Below, piece after piece: positions 29,706 through 39,573 of a stretch of 64,000 nucleotides of DNA. The translations under genes were made by a program, and so were the position numbers. The stretch spans positions 1,733 to 65,732 of the forward strand of contig JAKAJP010000013.1 in assembly GCA_021824915.1 (NCBI GenBank), read 5' to 3'. The stretch is from a bacterium (GTDB lineage Bacteria; Patescibacteriota; Microgenomatia; UBA8517). The notes beneath the pieces were generated by a model, which did not search any database, was not told where the DNA came from, and saw nothing but the letters and a program-made list of their open reading frames with translations. The stretch's first letter is position 1. Each line of letters begins with the position of its first letter.

Positions 29706-30260
29706 TTAGAGTGCCAGGAGAAGCGATCCAAGTATCGTTACTACTCCGACCCCGATGCCAAAAACTGTTGGCCAACCAGTTCCCGAATTGGGAAGCGAGG
29801 GTTGACTCGTGGGGGTAGCAGTGGCTCCCGTGCAAACACAGTCTGTGTTTGCTGCGCAGGACGGGTTGCGGCAAAAACCCTGATAACAAATTAAGTTACT
29901 TGAGCAGTTGGCATTACTTCCACAAGTTCCACCGCAAGAATTAGGAGTTCCTGATGGATTAGGTGTTGCAGTTGGGGTTCCTGTTCCTGTGGGTGTCGCT
30001 GTTGCCGTACCAGTTGGTGTGGCAGTTGCTGTCCCTGTTGGTGTGGCGGTTGGTGTTCCTGTCCCGATAGTAAAAGCTAGGGCAGTGCAGCTACTTGGAA
30101 TCTCAGCCGCTGCTGGCTGGCTTGACGGCGCATTTGGTGCAACAGCCTGATTTCTTAGTTGATAAAGTCTTATTGCGGTAAATATTGCAACTCCAGCCAA
30201 AACTATTGTCAAAAATATTATTAGAACTGTTGCAAATTTTCCTCTTAAAAAGTTTTTCAT
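29706..30260 (-). CDS. small secreted or anchored protein: N-terminal TM or signal, TPTGTATA 8-aa tandem repeats, 8-Cys module, C-terminal LPNSG plus hydrophobic tail
   Basis: Read directly: a 24-nt periodic repeat encoding (T/A)PTGTATA four times, a Cys-rich block CGGTCGSNANCSSNLICYQGFCRNPSCAANTDCVC, and a C-terminal LPNSGTGWPTVFGIGVGVVTILGSLLLAL. Confidence 0.5.
   Translation of the reverse strand: MKNFLRGKFATVLIIFLTIVLAGVAIFTAIRLYQLRNQAVAPNAPSSQPAAAEIPSSCTALAFTIGTGTPTATPTGTATATPTGTATATPTGTGTPTATPNPSGTPNSCGGTCGSNANCSSNLICYQGFCRNPSCAANTDCVCTGATATPTSQPSLPNSGTGWPTVFGIGVGVVTILGSLLLAL
29960..30066. repeat. 24-nt-period coding tandem repeat (about 4.5 copies) inside the 29706..30260 gene
   Basis: Units such as ccagttggtgtggcagttgctgtc and cctgttggtgtggcggttggtgtt. 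The mirror-image ORF on the plus strand (VPVGVAVA repeats) is an artefact of this repeat. Confidence 0.7.
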
Positions 30261-30261
30261 T

Positions 30262-31509
30262 TTAGTTTGACCATCCTAATGTAGCATCATGAATTTGACC
30301 TGTTACATTAAAAGATGTTACACCGGTTGGAATTTGATAGCTTTGGCAAAAAAGGCCTCCGGCAGTCCCCGAGCCTTTAGTTGTGGTTTCCGTTTGAGCA
30401 ACACCATTAATTGTAAATTTGGCTTTATCAAATCCACCCCCACTTGTTGTTCCCCCTACACAAAAGTTAATTGTTGTTCCGACCGCGAGGGTACTTAGTT
30501 GTGCAGGGGTTATTAAGTTCCACGTAGCGTCGTAGGCCCCAACTGATGAGCATTGAGCGGACGAAGTTGTGGTTGTAGTCGTAGTCGTAGTTGTCTTGGC
30601 CTTACAGTTTGAGTTATCTGAGGTGCACCACTGAACCTTATTTCCGCTGGCATCAATTTTGACCTTTTCGATTAGGTATCCACCCCCTGGGCAGGGTTCG
30701 GTTTCGGTATAACTTGTCTGACTAGCCCAACCGGAGACGCTGGAATCGCTACAATTTATGGGCCCCAAGTTGCTGCCGGTATTCCCTGTGGTTGCAAATT
30801 GGTTTATTTGGTTTTTAGTGGTCTGTGACAGGTTTAGATTATTGCAATCATTTTTGTCACAGTAGTTAGCTGCGGCCTTAAGAGTATCATTTGCCCCAGA
30901 ACCTCCAACCAGATAACGTTGTCCGTTGTCGGCAATATAAGTACCGGCAATATAGGCTTGCCCTTTATCTCCGTTTTGAGAATATACATAACCAAATTGT
31001 CCGGGCTGAACTGTTTGGCCGCTTGAAGTGGTTTGACTAACCGGAGCCGGTTTACCTCCTCCGGGACAATCTGCTTGGGTTCCCCCTTTCGGAACCCGAC
31101 TTTTGCCGCCGGGACACCAACCGCCCGCGGCCTGCTGTTCAAAAAGCTGTTGCTGCTGGGTTAAGAGAAGCCCCGCCCCGACACCACCAACCAAAAGCAG
31201 TATTCCAAGAATAGTTGCTATGATTCTTTTGCCACCAAACTTTTTCTTGGGCGTTGAAATAACTGGCGGCAAATTATCAGGAGACGCCGTGCCGCTTTCA
31301 TCCGGTTTTTCTTCCGGGGGGGCCATGGGTGTTGGAATTGGCGCCGGTTTTATATTTTGGAAATCGGGTGGAAGAGGTGGAACGTCCGGGTCTGTAGTTA
31401 CAACAGGATTAACTGATTGATTTGTCTGTGGCGTAGATTGGCCAGTCGGAGGATTTGCCGCTGGTGCGGCTGGACTAACTGGAAAGACAGGGTTGTTTTG
31501 GTCAGGCAT
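30262..31509 (-). CDS. hypothetical membrane protein: Pro-rich N-terminal region, single TM, Cys-containing extracellular domain with a poly-Thr linker
   Basis: 415-aa product with N-terminal low complexity (PPLPPDFQNIKPAPIPTPMAPPEE), a TM (IIATILGILLLVGGVGAGLLL), a T11 run and about 12 Cys in the C-terminal half. Confidence 0.45.
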   Translation of the reverse strand: MPDQNNPVFPVSPAAPAANPPTGQSTPQTNQSVNPVVTTDPDVPPLPPDFQNIKPAPIPTPMAPPEEKPDESGTASPDNLPPVISTPKKKFGGKRIIATILGILLLVGGVGAGLLLTQQQQLFEQQAAGGWCPGGKSRVPKGGTQADCPGGGKPAPVSQTTSSGQTVQPGQFGYVYSQNGDKGQAYIAGTYIADNGQRYLVGGSGANDTLKAAANYCDKNDCNNLNLSQTTKNQINQFATTGNTGSNLGPINCSDSSVSGWASQTSYTETEPCPGGGYLIEKVKIDASGNKVQWCTSDNSNCKAKTTTTTTTTTTSSAQCSSVGAYDATWNLITPAQLSTLAVGTTINFCVGGTTSGGGFDKAKFTINGVAQTETTTKGSGTAGGLFCQSYQIPTGVTSFNVTGQIHDATLGWSN

Positions 31510-31517
31510 TAGAAATT

Positions 31518-32840
31518 TTAACCTTCAGACATCTTCCATAAGAAGAAACTGAAAGCAGAAACTGCTACTCCCATAATAGATAGTAGGATTGTAGGAGTCA
31601 AGCTGCCTGTCACGGGAACTGGCGCCAGGGTTGCGCTTATTGTTGATGTAGGAGTTGGACTTAGAATTGGCGTTGATGTTGGTGTTGGCAATGTGGTTGA
31701 ACCGGATTGTGATGCCGTAAAGGCCGGAATTTCTGCAGCCTGAACAACAAATGTCCGTGTCAGGCTTCTTGTTATTCCGGCAGCATCTTTCCAAAGCACT
31801 GTAATTGTGTGATTTCCGGCTGAAAGATCGCTTGATGGTGTAAAACTCCAATTTCCAGTTGAACCAACGCTTACATTTTGAGTTATTACGTCTTGCGAAT
31901 GAATTTCAATAGTAAGGGCCGTTCCCGATGGGCCCTTTCCCATGAATTGAGGTTTGGTAGTTGATACGGTTTCGCCGTCGGTCAAATTATCTAAGATCAC
32001 CGTCGTCGGGGCGGGTGTGTTTAGGTTTGATGGAACGTTAAATTTTGATTCTCCCGATGCGTTTGCCGGCAGGTTAAGTTCCGCTCCCGGACTGCCACCA
32101 CTGGCGTTTGCCGGCAAGCTTCTGAAATCAGAGGTCTTACCTAGTATAAGTGGTGGCATGGGATTTGCTGACTGCGGATAAATTTGGGCAGACGCGGGTT
32201 GATCTGGGGGTGACTGGACCGATATCTGAATTAAAGTTTGGCTTGGGTTTATATCTAGGAAACTTCCCAAGTCCTGAGTTCTGGCTCCACCCAGTTGTAT
32301 CACAAAATTTCCTGAGGCAGATGTGGTTGTTGAAAGTAAATATCCACCAATGTTTGCATAAACGAGGGCCTTCTGAGCAGGAAGTCCTGCTGCATTAGAA
32401 ACTACGCCGGAAATAATTTGTGAGTTTTTATTCGCTCCTATTGCCGGTCCGGTAGCCGCTTGCCAAGCAACGCCGTTATTATCAAAACTCACCGAATCAG
32501 AGTTTATTTTGTAGTAGTAAGTTGTGCCGGGCTTTAATCCGGATAGTGTGATTGAGTGAGTAAAGAATTTTGAGTCCTGAATATCTTCTTTTTGCACCTT
32601 GTCCGTTCCGGATGCGGATTCTCCCCAGACAAGGAAGCCGGAGGTTGCTTTATCAGTGGTCCACGATATTGTAAATCCACCTTCATCAACATTGGAAACA
32701 CGGACATCTTTCGGGGTCACGTCTGATGATGCCCCGAGTCTAAAAAATTGTTTGGAGTTTAATAAAAATACGCCAAAAAAAGTTCCAGCTACGAGGATTA
32801 TCATTCCGAGAATTGTTGGTATGGTATTTTTTTTGATCAT
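31518..32840 (-). CDS. cell-surface protein with an FN3-like domain and a C-terminal TM anchor
   Basis: Signal anchor, FN3/PAP-N-like segment (VRVSNVDEGGFTISWTTDKATSGFLVWG...LKPGTTYYYKI), Ig-like region, TP-rich stalk, and a C-terminal VPVTG plus hydrophobic helix plus WKMSEG. Confidence 0.5.
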   Translation of the reverse strand: MIKKNTIPTILGMIILVAGTFFGVFLLNSKQFFRLGASSDVTPKDVRVSNVDEGGFTISWTTDKATSGFLVWGESASGTDKVQKEDIQDSKFFTHSITLSGLKPGTTYYYKINSDSVSFDNNGVAWQAATGPAIGANKNSQIISGVVSNAAGLPAQKALVYANIGGYLLSTTTSASGNFVIQLGGARTQDLGSFLDINPSQTLIQISVQSPPDQPASAQIYPQSANPMPPLILGKTSDFRSLPANASGGSPGAELNLPANASGESKFNVPSNLNTPAPTTVILDNLTDGETVSTTKPQFMGKGPSGTALTIEIHSQDVITQNVSVGSTGNWSFTPSSDLSAGNHTITVLWKDAAGITRSLTRTFVVQAAEIPAFTASQSGSTTLPTPTSTPILSPTPTSTISATLAPVPVTGSLTPTILLSIMGVAVSAFSFFLWKMSEG

Positions 32841-32843
32841 TAT

Positions 32844-33194
32844 TTATGGCGTTGCCGATGGCGAAGCCGAAGCGGAAGCTGTCGGCGTTGCAGACGCCGA
32901 AGCTACAGGCGTTGGGCTATTGGTTGCTTGTGGTGTCGGCAGCGCGTTGGCAGTTGAAGTTGGAGCTATTGTGGGTTCAGAAATATTCTCTTCATTTATG
33001 TAAACTTTGTTCCGGATTTTTTCGGCGGTGTTTTGGTCAATACTAGGGGTTAGAGCCTGTAAAATTTGTTGAGAGACGGTCGGAGCGGGCTTGCTTTTAA
33101 TTGCCCGATAAATACCAAATCCAACCCACATAACCGAAGTAATAAGCGTCATTATTAAGATTGTTATTAATCCGGGAATTTTACTTTTTTGCAT
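32844..33194 (-). CDS. hypothetical single-TM protein, possibly pilus-platform associated, with an Ala/Ser/Thr/Pro-rich tail
   Basis: Directly downstream of the pilO-like gene. I take the start as MQKSKIPGLITILIM at 33194. The C-terminal repeats are mirrored by spurious plus-strand ORFs. Confidence 0.3.
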   Translation of the reverse strand: MQKSKIPGLITILIMTLITSVMWVGFGIYRAIKSKPAPTVSQQILQALTPSIDQNTAEKIRNKVYINEENISEPTIAPTSTANALPTPQATNSPTPVASASATPTASASASPSATP

Positions 33195-33195
33195 A

Positions 33196-33849
33196 TTAAT
33201 GACCCAGAAATGGAACTCTTCCACTAATCACCGCCACTATAACACGTCCCTTATCAGTTATGGAGGAGTTAACCCCCAGGATATCAATTCTGATCGGTCT
33301 TCGAAGATTATCTAAGTCAGTAATAAACGAAGTCAGGTTTGTAAAATCACCCGCCACACTAATCGAGACCGTCATCTCCTTTGCTTTTGATGAAATAGGT
33401 TTTAGATCCGAAAGTTTTGCTTTTTGGGTTTCGGTTCCGGTTAATGTTACTTGGCCCACTGAGATGCCCAAGATGTTGGCAGAATCTTTGGAAGCGACGC
33501 CCTCTATCTGTCTGACGAAAGTATCCGGTTGAGGATTGCCTGGAACCGAAGATTCAGCAATAGAGACAAACGATGATTCTTCGGAATAAACATTTTGAGC
33601 GCTTTGTAAAGCTGCAATTTTTTGGTCGAGCTGGGCAACCGTTTCTTTCTTTGCCTGAATTTCCTGAACCAAATTGATGATTGTTAAGACCGTGGGTTTT
33701 AGAGCAAAAAGCAAAAAGACTATTATGGTTGTTAACGACAGGATAACTTCCGTGAACATTCTAAGGTCCTGTCTTTTTTTATAAAGATCGACAATGTTCA
33801 GGAAAAAACCCTGATAACGATAATATTGCCCTCTCCAACCTAGTGCCAT
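33196..33849 (-). CDS. PilO-like type IV pilus / T2SS inner-membrane assembly protein
   Basis: Short cytoplasmic N-terminus, one TM, a coiled coil (IQAKKETVAQLDQKIAALQSAQ) and a periplasmic ferredoxin-like domain, immediately after the pilN-like gene. Confidence 0.45.
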   Translation of the reverse strand: MALGWRGQYYRYQGFFLNIVDLYKKRQDLRMFTEVILSLTTIIVFLLFALKPTVLTIINLVQEIQAKKETVAQLDQKIAALQSAQNVYSEESSFVSIAESSVPGNPQPDTFVRQIEGVASKDSANILGISVGQVTLTGTETQKAKLSDLKPISSKAKEMTVSISVAGDFTNLTSFITDLDNLRRPIRIDILGVNSSITDKGRVIVAVISGRVPFLGH

Positions 33850-33853
33850 TTTA

Positions 33854-34396
33854 TTAATATGAAACTTTTAGATTAAAAACTACAGACGATTGATTTGCAT
33901 CACTCGTGCCTACCTGCCCGAGAGCAGCATTCTTAAACGATTTTTCAGCTTTGAGATTACTGATAAATTGCGCAATGTCAATTTCGCTTCCTGCGGTCCC
34001 TTTTATCTGAATTGATCCGTCTTGAAAAGATAGGGATTGGAGTGTGACATTTTGTGGAACGCGACTTACAACTTTGGTCAGGAGTGTGGATGTCCCAGTA
34101 TTTTTGGTGTAGTCGTTAAACACAGAAAGCCTGTCTTGAAGATCGCGAAAATTCTTTTCAAAATCGCTTTGGGAGGAAACCTGGGCACTTTTGACAGATA
34201 TTGCGTCATTTAGATCCGAGTTCTGTGCGTCAAGCCAGAAGCGTGACAGGAAAGCCCCCATAACAACCATTTCGGTCGCTATGACAATTATTCTGAAAGT
34301 TCCCATTGCCCACTTTAGGGCTCGGCCAGCGATACTGGCATCAAACTCTTCCTGAGGTAATAGATTGATTGATTTATGGGCAGCCATACAGAACAA
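33854..34396 (-). CDS. PilN-like type IV pilus assembly protein
   Basis: The PilN N-terminal INLLP motif (HKSINLLPQEE), a single TM, and a periplasmic domain with the PilN-like pattern (LQSLSFQDGSIQIKGTAGSEIDIAQFISNL). Confidence 0.55.
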   Translation of the reverse strand: MFCMAAHKSINLLPQEEFDASIAGRALKWAMGTFRIIVIATEMVVMGAFLSRFWLDAQNSDLNDAISVKSAQVSSQSDFEKNFRDLQDRLSVFNDYTKNTGTSTLLTKVVSRVPQNVTLQSLSFQDGSIQIKGTAGSEIDIAQFISNLKAEKSFKNAALGQVGTSDANQSSVVFNLKVSY

Positions 34397-34456
34397 TGCA
34401 CAACAAAAGTGCGTTAGTTCAATATATCACATGGCGCTCCTGTCATGAAGCGGAAA

Positions 34457-34726
34457 TTACTTCTTTTTTGAAGATTTTTTAGCGGGTTTAATTTTTGCCG
34501 AAAGCTTCGAGAGTGCGCCCTTAATTCTAGAAGACTTATTTTTGTGGATAACCCTTTTTTTGACCGCACGGTCAGCAAGTGATACGGCAGTCAAGATTGC
34601 CTCCGTGGTTTTAACTTTTTTTGCTTTCCTGATTGCAACTTCGAGTCGGCTAATTATTAGTCGATTTATTTTTTGTTTTTGAGTTGAACCCCTAAGGGCT
34701 CTTTTGGCACTTACGCTTACCGGCAT
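34457..34726 (-). CDS. rpsT: 30S ribosomal protein S20
   Basis: 89-aa basic protein with the S20 pattern (SAKRALRGSTQKQKINR...RKAKKV....AI). Confidence 0.85.
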   Translation of the reverse strand: MPVSVSAKRALRGSTQKQKINRLIISRLEVAIRKAKKVKTTEAILTAVSLADRAVKKRVIHKNKSSRIKGALSKLSAKIKPAKKSSKKK

Positions 34727-34755
34727 GAGCGAAGTATAATCGAACCAAGCTCAAA

Positions 34756-36450
34756 ATGGAAGACTTAATTAGGCGGGGAAAAAAGATTATTAACTCGCGT
34801 CAGAACACCATTCTCTCGGCCGCCGGCGTGATAACTGTAATGATTATTCTCTCCCAAATTTTTGGTTTGGTTCGCCAGTGGGTGATCTTAAAATTCTTGG
34901 GAAGTGATACCTTTTCACTCTATCTGGCCGCCTTTCGTTTGCCCGATCTTGTCTTCGAGGTTTTTGCATTCGGGGCTTTTTCATCAGCGCTAATACCTGT
35001 TTTTAGCAGGTATTTGAGAAGGAGCAAAAAAGAGGCTTGGGACGTTGCTTCGCGGGTTGTAAATATCGGTCTTTTGATATTTTTGGGCCTGGCGATTGTT
35101 TTTGGAATTTTTTCCTATCAGTTTTACTCGGTAGTTGCTTTTGGATTTGACTCATCACAGGTAGATTTAGTCTCGAAAGTTGCCAGAATAATATTTTTTG
35201 CTGAAGGACTTTTTATAGTCAGTTATGTAATAACCGGAGTTTTGGAATCCTCAAGACGCTTTTTGGTTCCGGCCCTGGCCCCGGTCCTTTATAACATCGG
35301 AATTATATTAGGCACGATCATTTTTTCCCGAACTCTGGGGATTTATGCGCCCGCAATAGGAGTAATAATTGGCGCCGTAATGCATCTTGGAATTCAGATT
35401 CCGGTTGCTTACAAGCTCGGTTTCAGGTTTTCTACAAACTTCAAAACAAATAACGGAGTTCGTGAGGTGGGAAGACTGGCGGCTCCAAGGTTTATTGATT
35501 TGGCAGCTTTACAGATTCAAAAATCCGCAGAACTTTTTTTCTCTTCAATCATGTCGGTTGCTTCTTATGGTTTTCTTAACCTTGCATATTCGCTTCAAGC
35601 TATTCCGGCAACGCTTTTTGGAGTTTCTTTAGCTAAGGCTGCTCTCGTTTCTTTATCTTATCAGGAAGACTTGGCGGAGTTTAGGAAAACTTTTTTGACC
35701 ACCCTAAATCAAATGATGTTTCTCATTGTTCCGATTTCGGCATTTTTGGTTGTTTTGAGAATTCCGATTGTCAGACTTACTTTTGGCACCAGCCAATCGC
35801 TTGACTGGAACGCCACGGTTCAGATTGGAATAATATTATCCTATTTTGCTATTGGCGTTCCTATGCAGTCTGCTCTTGCTTTAATTTCAAGGGCTTACTA
35901 CGCCAAACATGATGCAAAAACTCCGGTTATTTTTCAGGTGATAGACGTTGTCCTTACTTTGGTTTTGGAAGCAATTTTTGTTCTTGTTATGCATTTGCCG
36001 CTTTGGTCTATTGCTCTTGCAAACACCCTTGCCGTGTTTATTCAGGTTAGTGGTCTTTATGTGATTTTGGCAAAGAAAATCGGGGACGGTAGGTTTCTTT
36101 CTTTGACCCCGACAATTAAATCAATTGTCTTCTCTATACTTTCGGGTGGTTTAATGTATTTTACCCTTAAACTTTTTGATAGATCCGTTTGGGTTCAAAA
36201 AATCCCCATTTTGGGAGCGGTGGTACCGGAAAATATTCCTTTTGAAAAGTTTGTCATCGATACTCGTTATACCCTGAGTCTCGTTCTCTTAACTGGAATA
36301 GTTACAACTCTCGGTGTCGCAGTTTATGTTTTGCTTTCCTGGTTAACAAAGTCTGAAGAGCTTGCCGCACTAATCCGGCTGATAAATAGAAGAAGAGTTG
36401 AGCTTGCCCCTGCCAAGCGTGAACCTCTTACAGTCGAACCGGAAGTCTAA
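34756..36450 (+). CDS. murJ: lipid II flippase MurJ (MviN)
   Basis: 564-aa product with 14 TM helices and a MurJ-type N-terminus (ILSAAGVITVMIILSQIFGLVRQWVILKFLG). Confidence 0.85.
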   Translation: MEDLIRRGKKIINSRQNTILSAAGVITVMIILSQIFGLVRQWVILKFLGSDTFSLYLAAFRLPDLVFEVFAFGAFSSALIPVFSRYLRRSKKEAWDVASRVVNIGLLIFLGLAIVFGIFSYQFYSVVAFGFDSSQVDLVSKVARIIFFAEGLFIVSYVITGVLESSRRFLVPALAPVLYNIGIILGTIIFSRTLGIYAPAIGVIIGAVMHLGIQIPVAYKLGFRFSTNFKTNNGVREVGRLAAPRFIDLAALQIQKSAELFFSSIMSVASYGFLNLAYSLQAIPATLFGVSLAKAALVSLSYQEDLAEFRKTFLTTLNQMMFLIVPISAFLVVLRIPIVRLTFGTSQSLDWNATVQIGIILSYFAIGVPMQSALALISRAYYAKHDAKTPVIFQVIDVVLTLVLEAIFVLVMHLPLWSIALANTLAVFIQVSGLYVILAKKIGDGRFLSLTPTIKSIVFSILSGGLMYFTLKLFDRSVWVQKIPILGAVVPENIPFEKFVIDTRYTLSLVLLTGIVTTLGVAVYVLLSWLTKSEELAALIRLINRRRVELAPAKREPLTVEPEV

Positions 36451-36458
36451 AAATCCTC

Positions 36459-36495
36459 TTGACAAGTGTTAGCACTCATGCTAATTTAGTGCTAA
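36459..36495 (+). promoter_or_regulatory. hrcA promoter (-35 TTGACA 36459-36464) overlapped by a CIRCE operator (TTAGCACTC-N9-TAGTGCTAA, 36469-36495)
   Basis: The inverted repeat matches the CIRCE consensus at 17/18 positions with a 9-nt spacer, just 8 nt upstream of the hrcA ATG. Confidence 0.75.
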
Positions 36496-36502
36496 TCAAG
36501 AC

Positions 36503-37237
36503 ATGACAGACGGACTTACAGCCAGGCAAACATCACTTCTTAAAACGATTATTGACGAGTACATCCAAACCGCCGAGCCGGTGGGTAGTGAGAATTTAGA
36601 TAAAAAATATAACCTTGGTGTTTCCCCCGCCACAATCCGAAACGAAATGGTTTCCTTGACTAAAGCCGGGTATCTTAAGCAACCGCACACTTCCGCGGGG
36701 CGCATTCCAACTCCGATGGCGATGAAATTTTATATCGACCAACTTATGGAGGAAAAGCAAATGAGTCTTGTGGACGAGGTTAAGGCAAAGGAAGAAGTTT
36801 GGGATAGTAGGGATGATATTGACCAATTGATGGATGAAGCAACACATGCCCTTGCCCAAAGGACAAGGTCACTGAGCGTTGCCGCGCTTAAAGACAAAAA
36901 AGATCGTTTTTGGCAGGCGGGACATTCATATATTTTCCAAAATCCGGAATTTTCGGATCTAGCAGCCTGTCAAAGTTTGTTTTCGATTTTTGAAGAGATG
37001 GATAAACTTGATAGATTATTCTTTGGAATTCCTTCTCCTTCTCCTTTAGAAGTTTTGTTTGGTGAAGAGCTTGGAATTCCGGAATTGGCACCTACGGGAA
37101 TAATTGCGACGCATTTTAATATCAAAGGGAAACCCGGTGCTCTTGGAGTAATTGGCCCGGCAAGAATTTCCTATCCGACAGTAATTCCGATATTGAGATA
37201 CTTTGGCAATTTAATACAGGAAGTCGGCAATGCCTAA
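36503..37237 (+). CDS. hrcA: heat-inducible transcription repressor HrcA (short form)
   Basis: N-terminal winged-helix segment (LTARQTSLLKTIIDEYIQTAEPVGSENL) typical of HrcA, preceded by CIRCE and followed by grpE-dnaK. Confidence 0.85.
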   Translation: MTDGLTARQTSLLKTIIDEYIQTAEPVGSENLDKKYNLGVSPATIRNEMVSLTKAGYLKQPHTSAGRIPTPMAMKFYIDQLMEEKQMSLVDEVKAKEEVWDSRDDIDQLMDEATHALAQRTRSLSVAALKDKKDRFWQAGHSYIFQNPEFSDLAACQSLFSIFEEMDKLDRLFFGIPSPSPLEVLFGEELGIPELAPTGIIATHFNIKGKPGALGVIGPARISYPTVIPILRYFGNLIQEVGNA

Positions 37238-37658
37238 AAATAAAAAGCCAGACGAATCTTTAGTTTTGAAAGCTCAACTGGCAAGGGCACTTGCAGATTA
37301 TGACAACCTGATTAAAAGAGTCGAAAGAGAAAAAAACGATATTGAAAAGTTGGTTTCTCTAAGGCTCATACTTAGGCTTTTGCAAGTTTTAGATAATATA
37401 GAGAGAGCCCAAGTTCATTTGAAAGACTCTGGACTTGCTATAGCGATAGGTGAATTTATAAACGTATTGAAGGACGAGGGTTTAACAGTAATTAACCCAA
37501 GTATTGGTGATGAATTTGATGAACACGAGATGGAAGCTATTGAAGTAGTAAAAGGTCAGAGTAATAATAAAGTTGCCGAGGTGATTTTGGCTGGTTGGGA
37601 GTATTCGGACGGAACAATAGTTAGACACGCGAAAGTGAAAGTTACAAAGAAAGAATAG
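37230..37658 (+). CDS. grpE: nucleotide exchange factor GrpE (short)
   Basis: 142-aa product with a GrpE coiled coil and beta-domain pattern, in the canonical hrcA-grpE-dnaK order. Confidence 0.85.
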   Translation: MPKNKKPDESLVLKAQLARALADYDNLIKRVEREKNDIEKLVSLRLILRLLQVLDNIERAQVHLKDSGLAIAIGEFINVLKDEGLTVINPSIGDEFDEHEMEAIEVVKGQSNNKVAEVILAGWEYSDGTIVRHAKVKVTKKE

Positions 37659-37662
37659 AAAT

Positions 37663-39573
37663 ATGGGAAAAATTATTGGAATTGATTTAGGAACAACAAA
37701 CTCTTGTGTAGCCGTAATGGAGGCTGGACGCCCCGTGGTTATTACGGCTGTTGATACTGGTAAAAACACAACCCCTTCAGTTGTTGAACCGGTTAAAAAT
37801 CTCGTGGGGGACGTTGCCAAGAGACAGATGATACTAAACGCCAAAAACACGGTTTATTCCGCAAAACGTCTCATGGGCCGAAGATTTGGCGATAAAGAGG
37901 TCAAAAGAACAATTGAAATGGTTCCTTACAAAATTGTCGATGGCAAAAATGGCATGGCCGATATCGAAATTGAAGGTAAGAATTACACTCCCCAGGAGAT
38001 TGGTGCAAGGGTCCTCATGAAACTTAAAAAAGATGCCGAAGCTCATATTGGTGAGAAAGTTGATCAGGCAGTTATTACGGTTCCCGCCTATTTTGACGAT
38101 GCGCAGCGCCAGGCAACTAAACAAGCCGGAGAAATTGCCGGATTAAAAGTTGAAAGAATTATTAACGAACCCACCGCCGCAGCTTTAGCTTACGGAATGG
38201 ATAAGAAAAAAGCAGAAAAAATTGCTGTTTACGATCTTGGCGGCGGAACTTTTGACATTTCGGTTCTTGAAATTGGCGACGGAGTAATTGAAGTTAAGGC
38301 GACAAACGGAGACACACACCTTGGGGGAGATGATTTTGATGCCGTAATTGTCGACTACATTGTTTCCGAATTCAAGAAAGAAAACGGAGTCGATCTTAAG
38401 GCTGATACCCAAGCATATCAACGCGTTCGTGATGCAGCTGAAAAAGCAAAGATAGAGCTATCTGCTGCAAACGAAGTCGAAATAAATCAGCCGTATATTA
38501 CTCAAAAAGATGGCCAACCCTTGCATTTAGCCATGAAACTGACCCGTGCCAAGATGGAGAGTTTGGTTGATGAGCTAATTCAAAAAACAATTAAGCCGGT
38601 TGAGCTTTGTTTGAAGGACGCAAAGCTTGATGCCCATGACATTGATGAAGTTGTAATGGTCGGGGGCATGACCAGAATGCCGAAAGTTATTGAAGTTGTT
38701 AAAAATTTCTTCGGCAAAGATCCAAACCAATCAGTTAACCCCGATGAAGTTGTTGCAGTCGGAGCTGCAATCCAAGGCGGAGTTTTGGGCGGAGAGGTCA
38801 AAGATATACTTTTACTCGATGTAACACCTTTAACTCTTGCCATCGAAACCCTTGGAGGAGTTGCAACCCCAATGATTCCGAGAAATACAACTGTTCCAAC
38901 CAGTAAGACAGAGATCTTTTCAACAGCTGCGGACAATCAAACTCAAGTTCAAATTGTCGTAACCCAAGGTGAGCGTCCAATGAGTGCAGATAATAAAACT
39001 TTGGGAACATTTACTCTTGACGGAATTCCTCCGGCTCCCCGCGGAGTGCCGCAAGTCGAAGTTACTTTTGATATGGATGCAAGCGGAATTTTGACCGTTA
39101 CCGCAAAAGATAAAGCAACCGGAAAAACTCAAAACATCAAAATTACAGGAGCCGTCGGACTTTCCGACGATGAAGTTAAAAGAATGCAGGAGGAGGCAGA
39201 AAAGCACAAGGCCGAAGATGAAAAGAAAGCGGAAACAATTAAGGCCAAAAATAACGCTGATGCGATGGTTGCAACAGCTGAAAAAGCCCTCAAAGATGCG
39301 GGAGATAAAGTCGATTCTAAAATTAAGGAACAGGTTGAAGAAAAAGTTAAAAAAGTAAAAGAAATTGCCGGCAAGGAAGATTCTTCAAAAGAAGATATCG
39401 AATCCGCCACAAAAGATTTATCCGATACCTTAAGCCAAATCGGCCAGGCAATGTACGGAAACCAGGGTCAAGCAAAACCTGAAGAAGCCGCCTCCGATAA
39501 ATCTTCGGCGAGCCAAGAGAAGAAGGACGAGAAAAAAGATGAAAAAGTTGAAGAAGGCGAAGTGGTAGAGTAA
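37663..39573 (+). CDS. dnaK: molecular chaperone DnaK (Hsp70)
   Basis: 636-aa product with Hsp70 signatures ([33 protein letters not shown]) and an EEVD-less acidic tail. Confidence 0.97.
   Translation: MGKIIGIDLGTTNSCVAVMEAGRPVVITAVDTGKNTTPSVVEPVKNLVGDVAKRQMILNAKNTVYSAKRLMGRRFGDKEVKRTIEMVPYKIVDGKNGMADIEIEGKNYTPQEIGARVLMKLKKDAEAHIGEKVDQAVITVPAYFDDAQRQATKQAGEIAGLKVERIINEPTAAALAYGMDKKKAEKIAVYDLGGGTFDISVLEIGDGVIEVKATNGDTHLGGDDFDAVIVDYIVSEFKKENGVDLKADTQAYQRVRDAAEKAKIELSAANEVEINQPYITQKDGQPLHLAMKLTRAKMESLVDELIQKTIKPVELCLKDAKLDAHDIDEVVMVGGMTRMPKVIEVVKNFFGKDPNQSVNPDEVVAVGAAIQGGVLGGEVKDILLLDVTPLTLAIETLGGVATPMIPRNTTVPTSKTEIFSTAADNQTQVQIVVTQGERPMSADNKTLGTFTLDGIPPAPRGVPQVEVTFDMDASGILTVTAKDKATGKTQNIKITGAVGLSDDEVKRMQEEAEKHKAEDEKKAETIKAKNNADAMVATAEKALKDAGDKVDSKIKEQVEEKVKKVKEIAGKEDSSKEDIESATKDLSDTLSQIGQAMYGNQGQAKPEEAASDKSSASQEKKDEKKDEKVEEGEVVE

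Noticed and set aside
29960-30066. Possible CRISPR-like array, suggested by regular short repeats
   Set aside because: The repeats are 24 nt, contiguous with no spacers, lie in frame inside a CDS, and are imperfect in a codon-preserving way. This is a coding tandem repeat, not a CRISPR array. No cas genes are present.
29908-30150. Plus-strand ORF encoding VPVGVAVAV repeats
   Set aside because: It is a mirror image of the TP-repeat coding region on the minus strand; repeat periodicity creates an open frame on both strands.
32599-33046. Plus-strand ORFs of 134 and 66 aa
   Set aside because: They are antisense to the Ala/Ser/Thr/Pro-rich tails of the surface and pilus-associated genes; they are low-complexity shadow ORFs.
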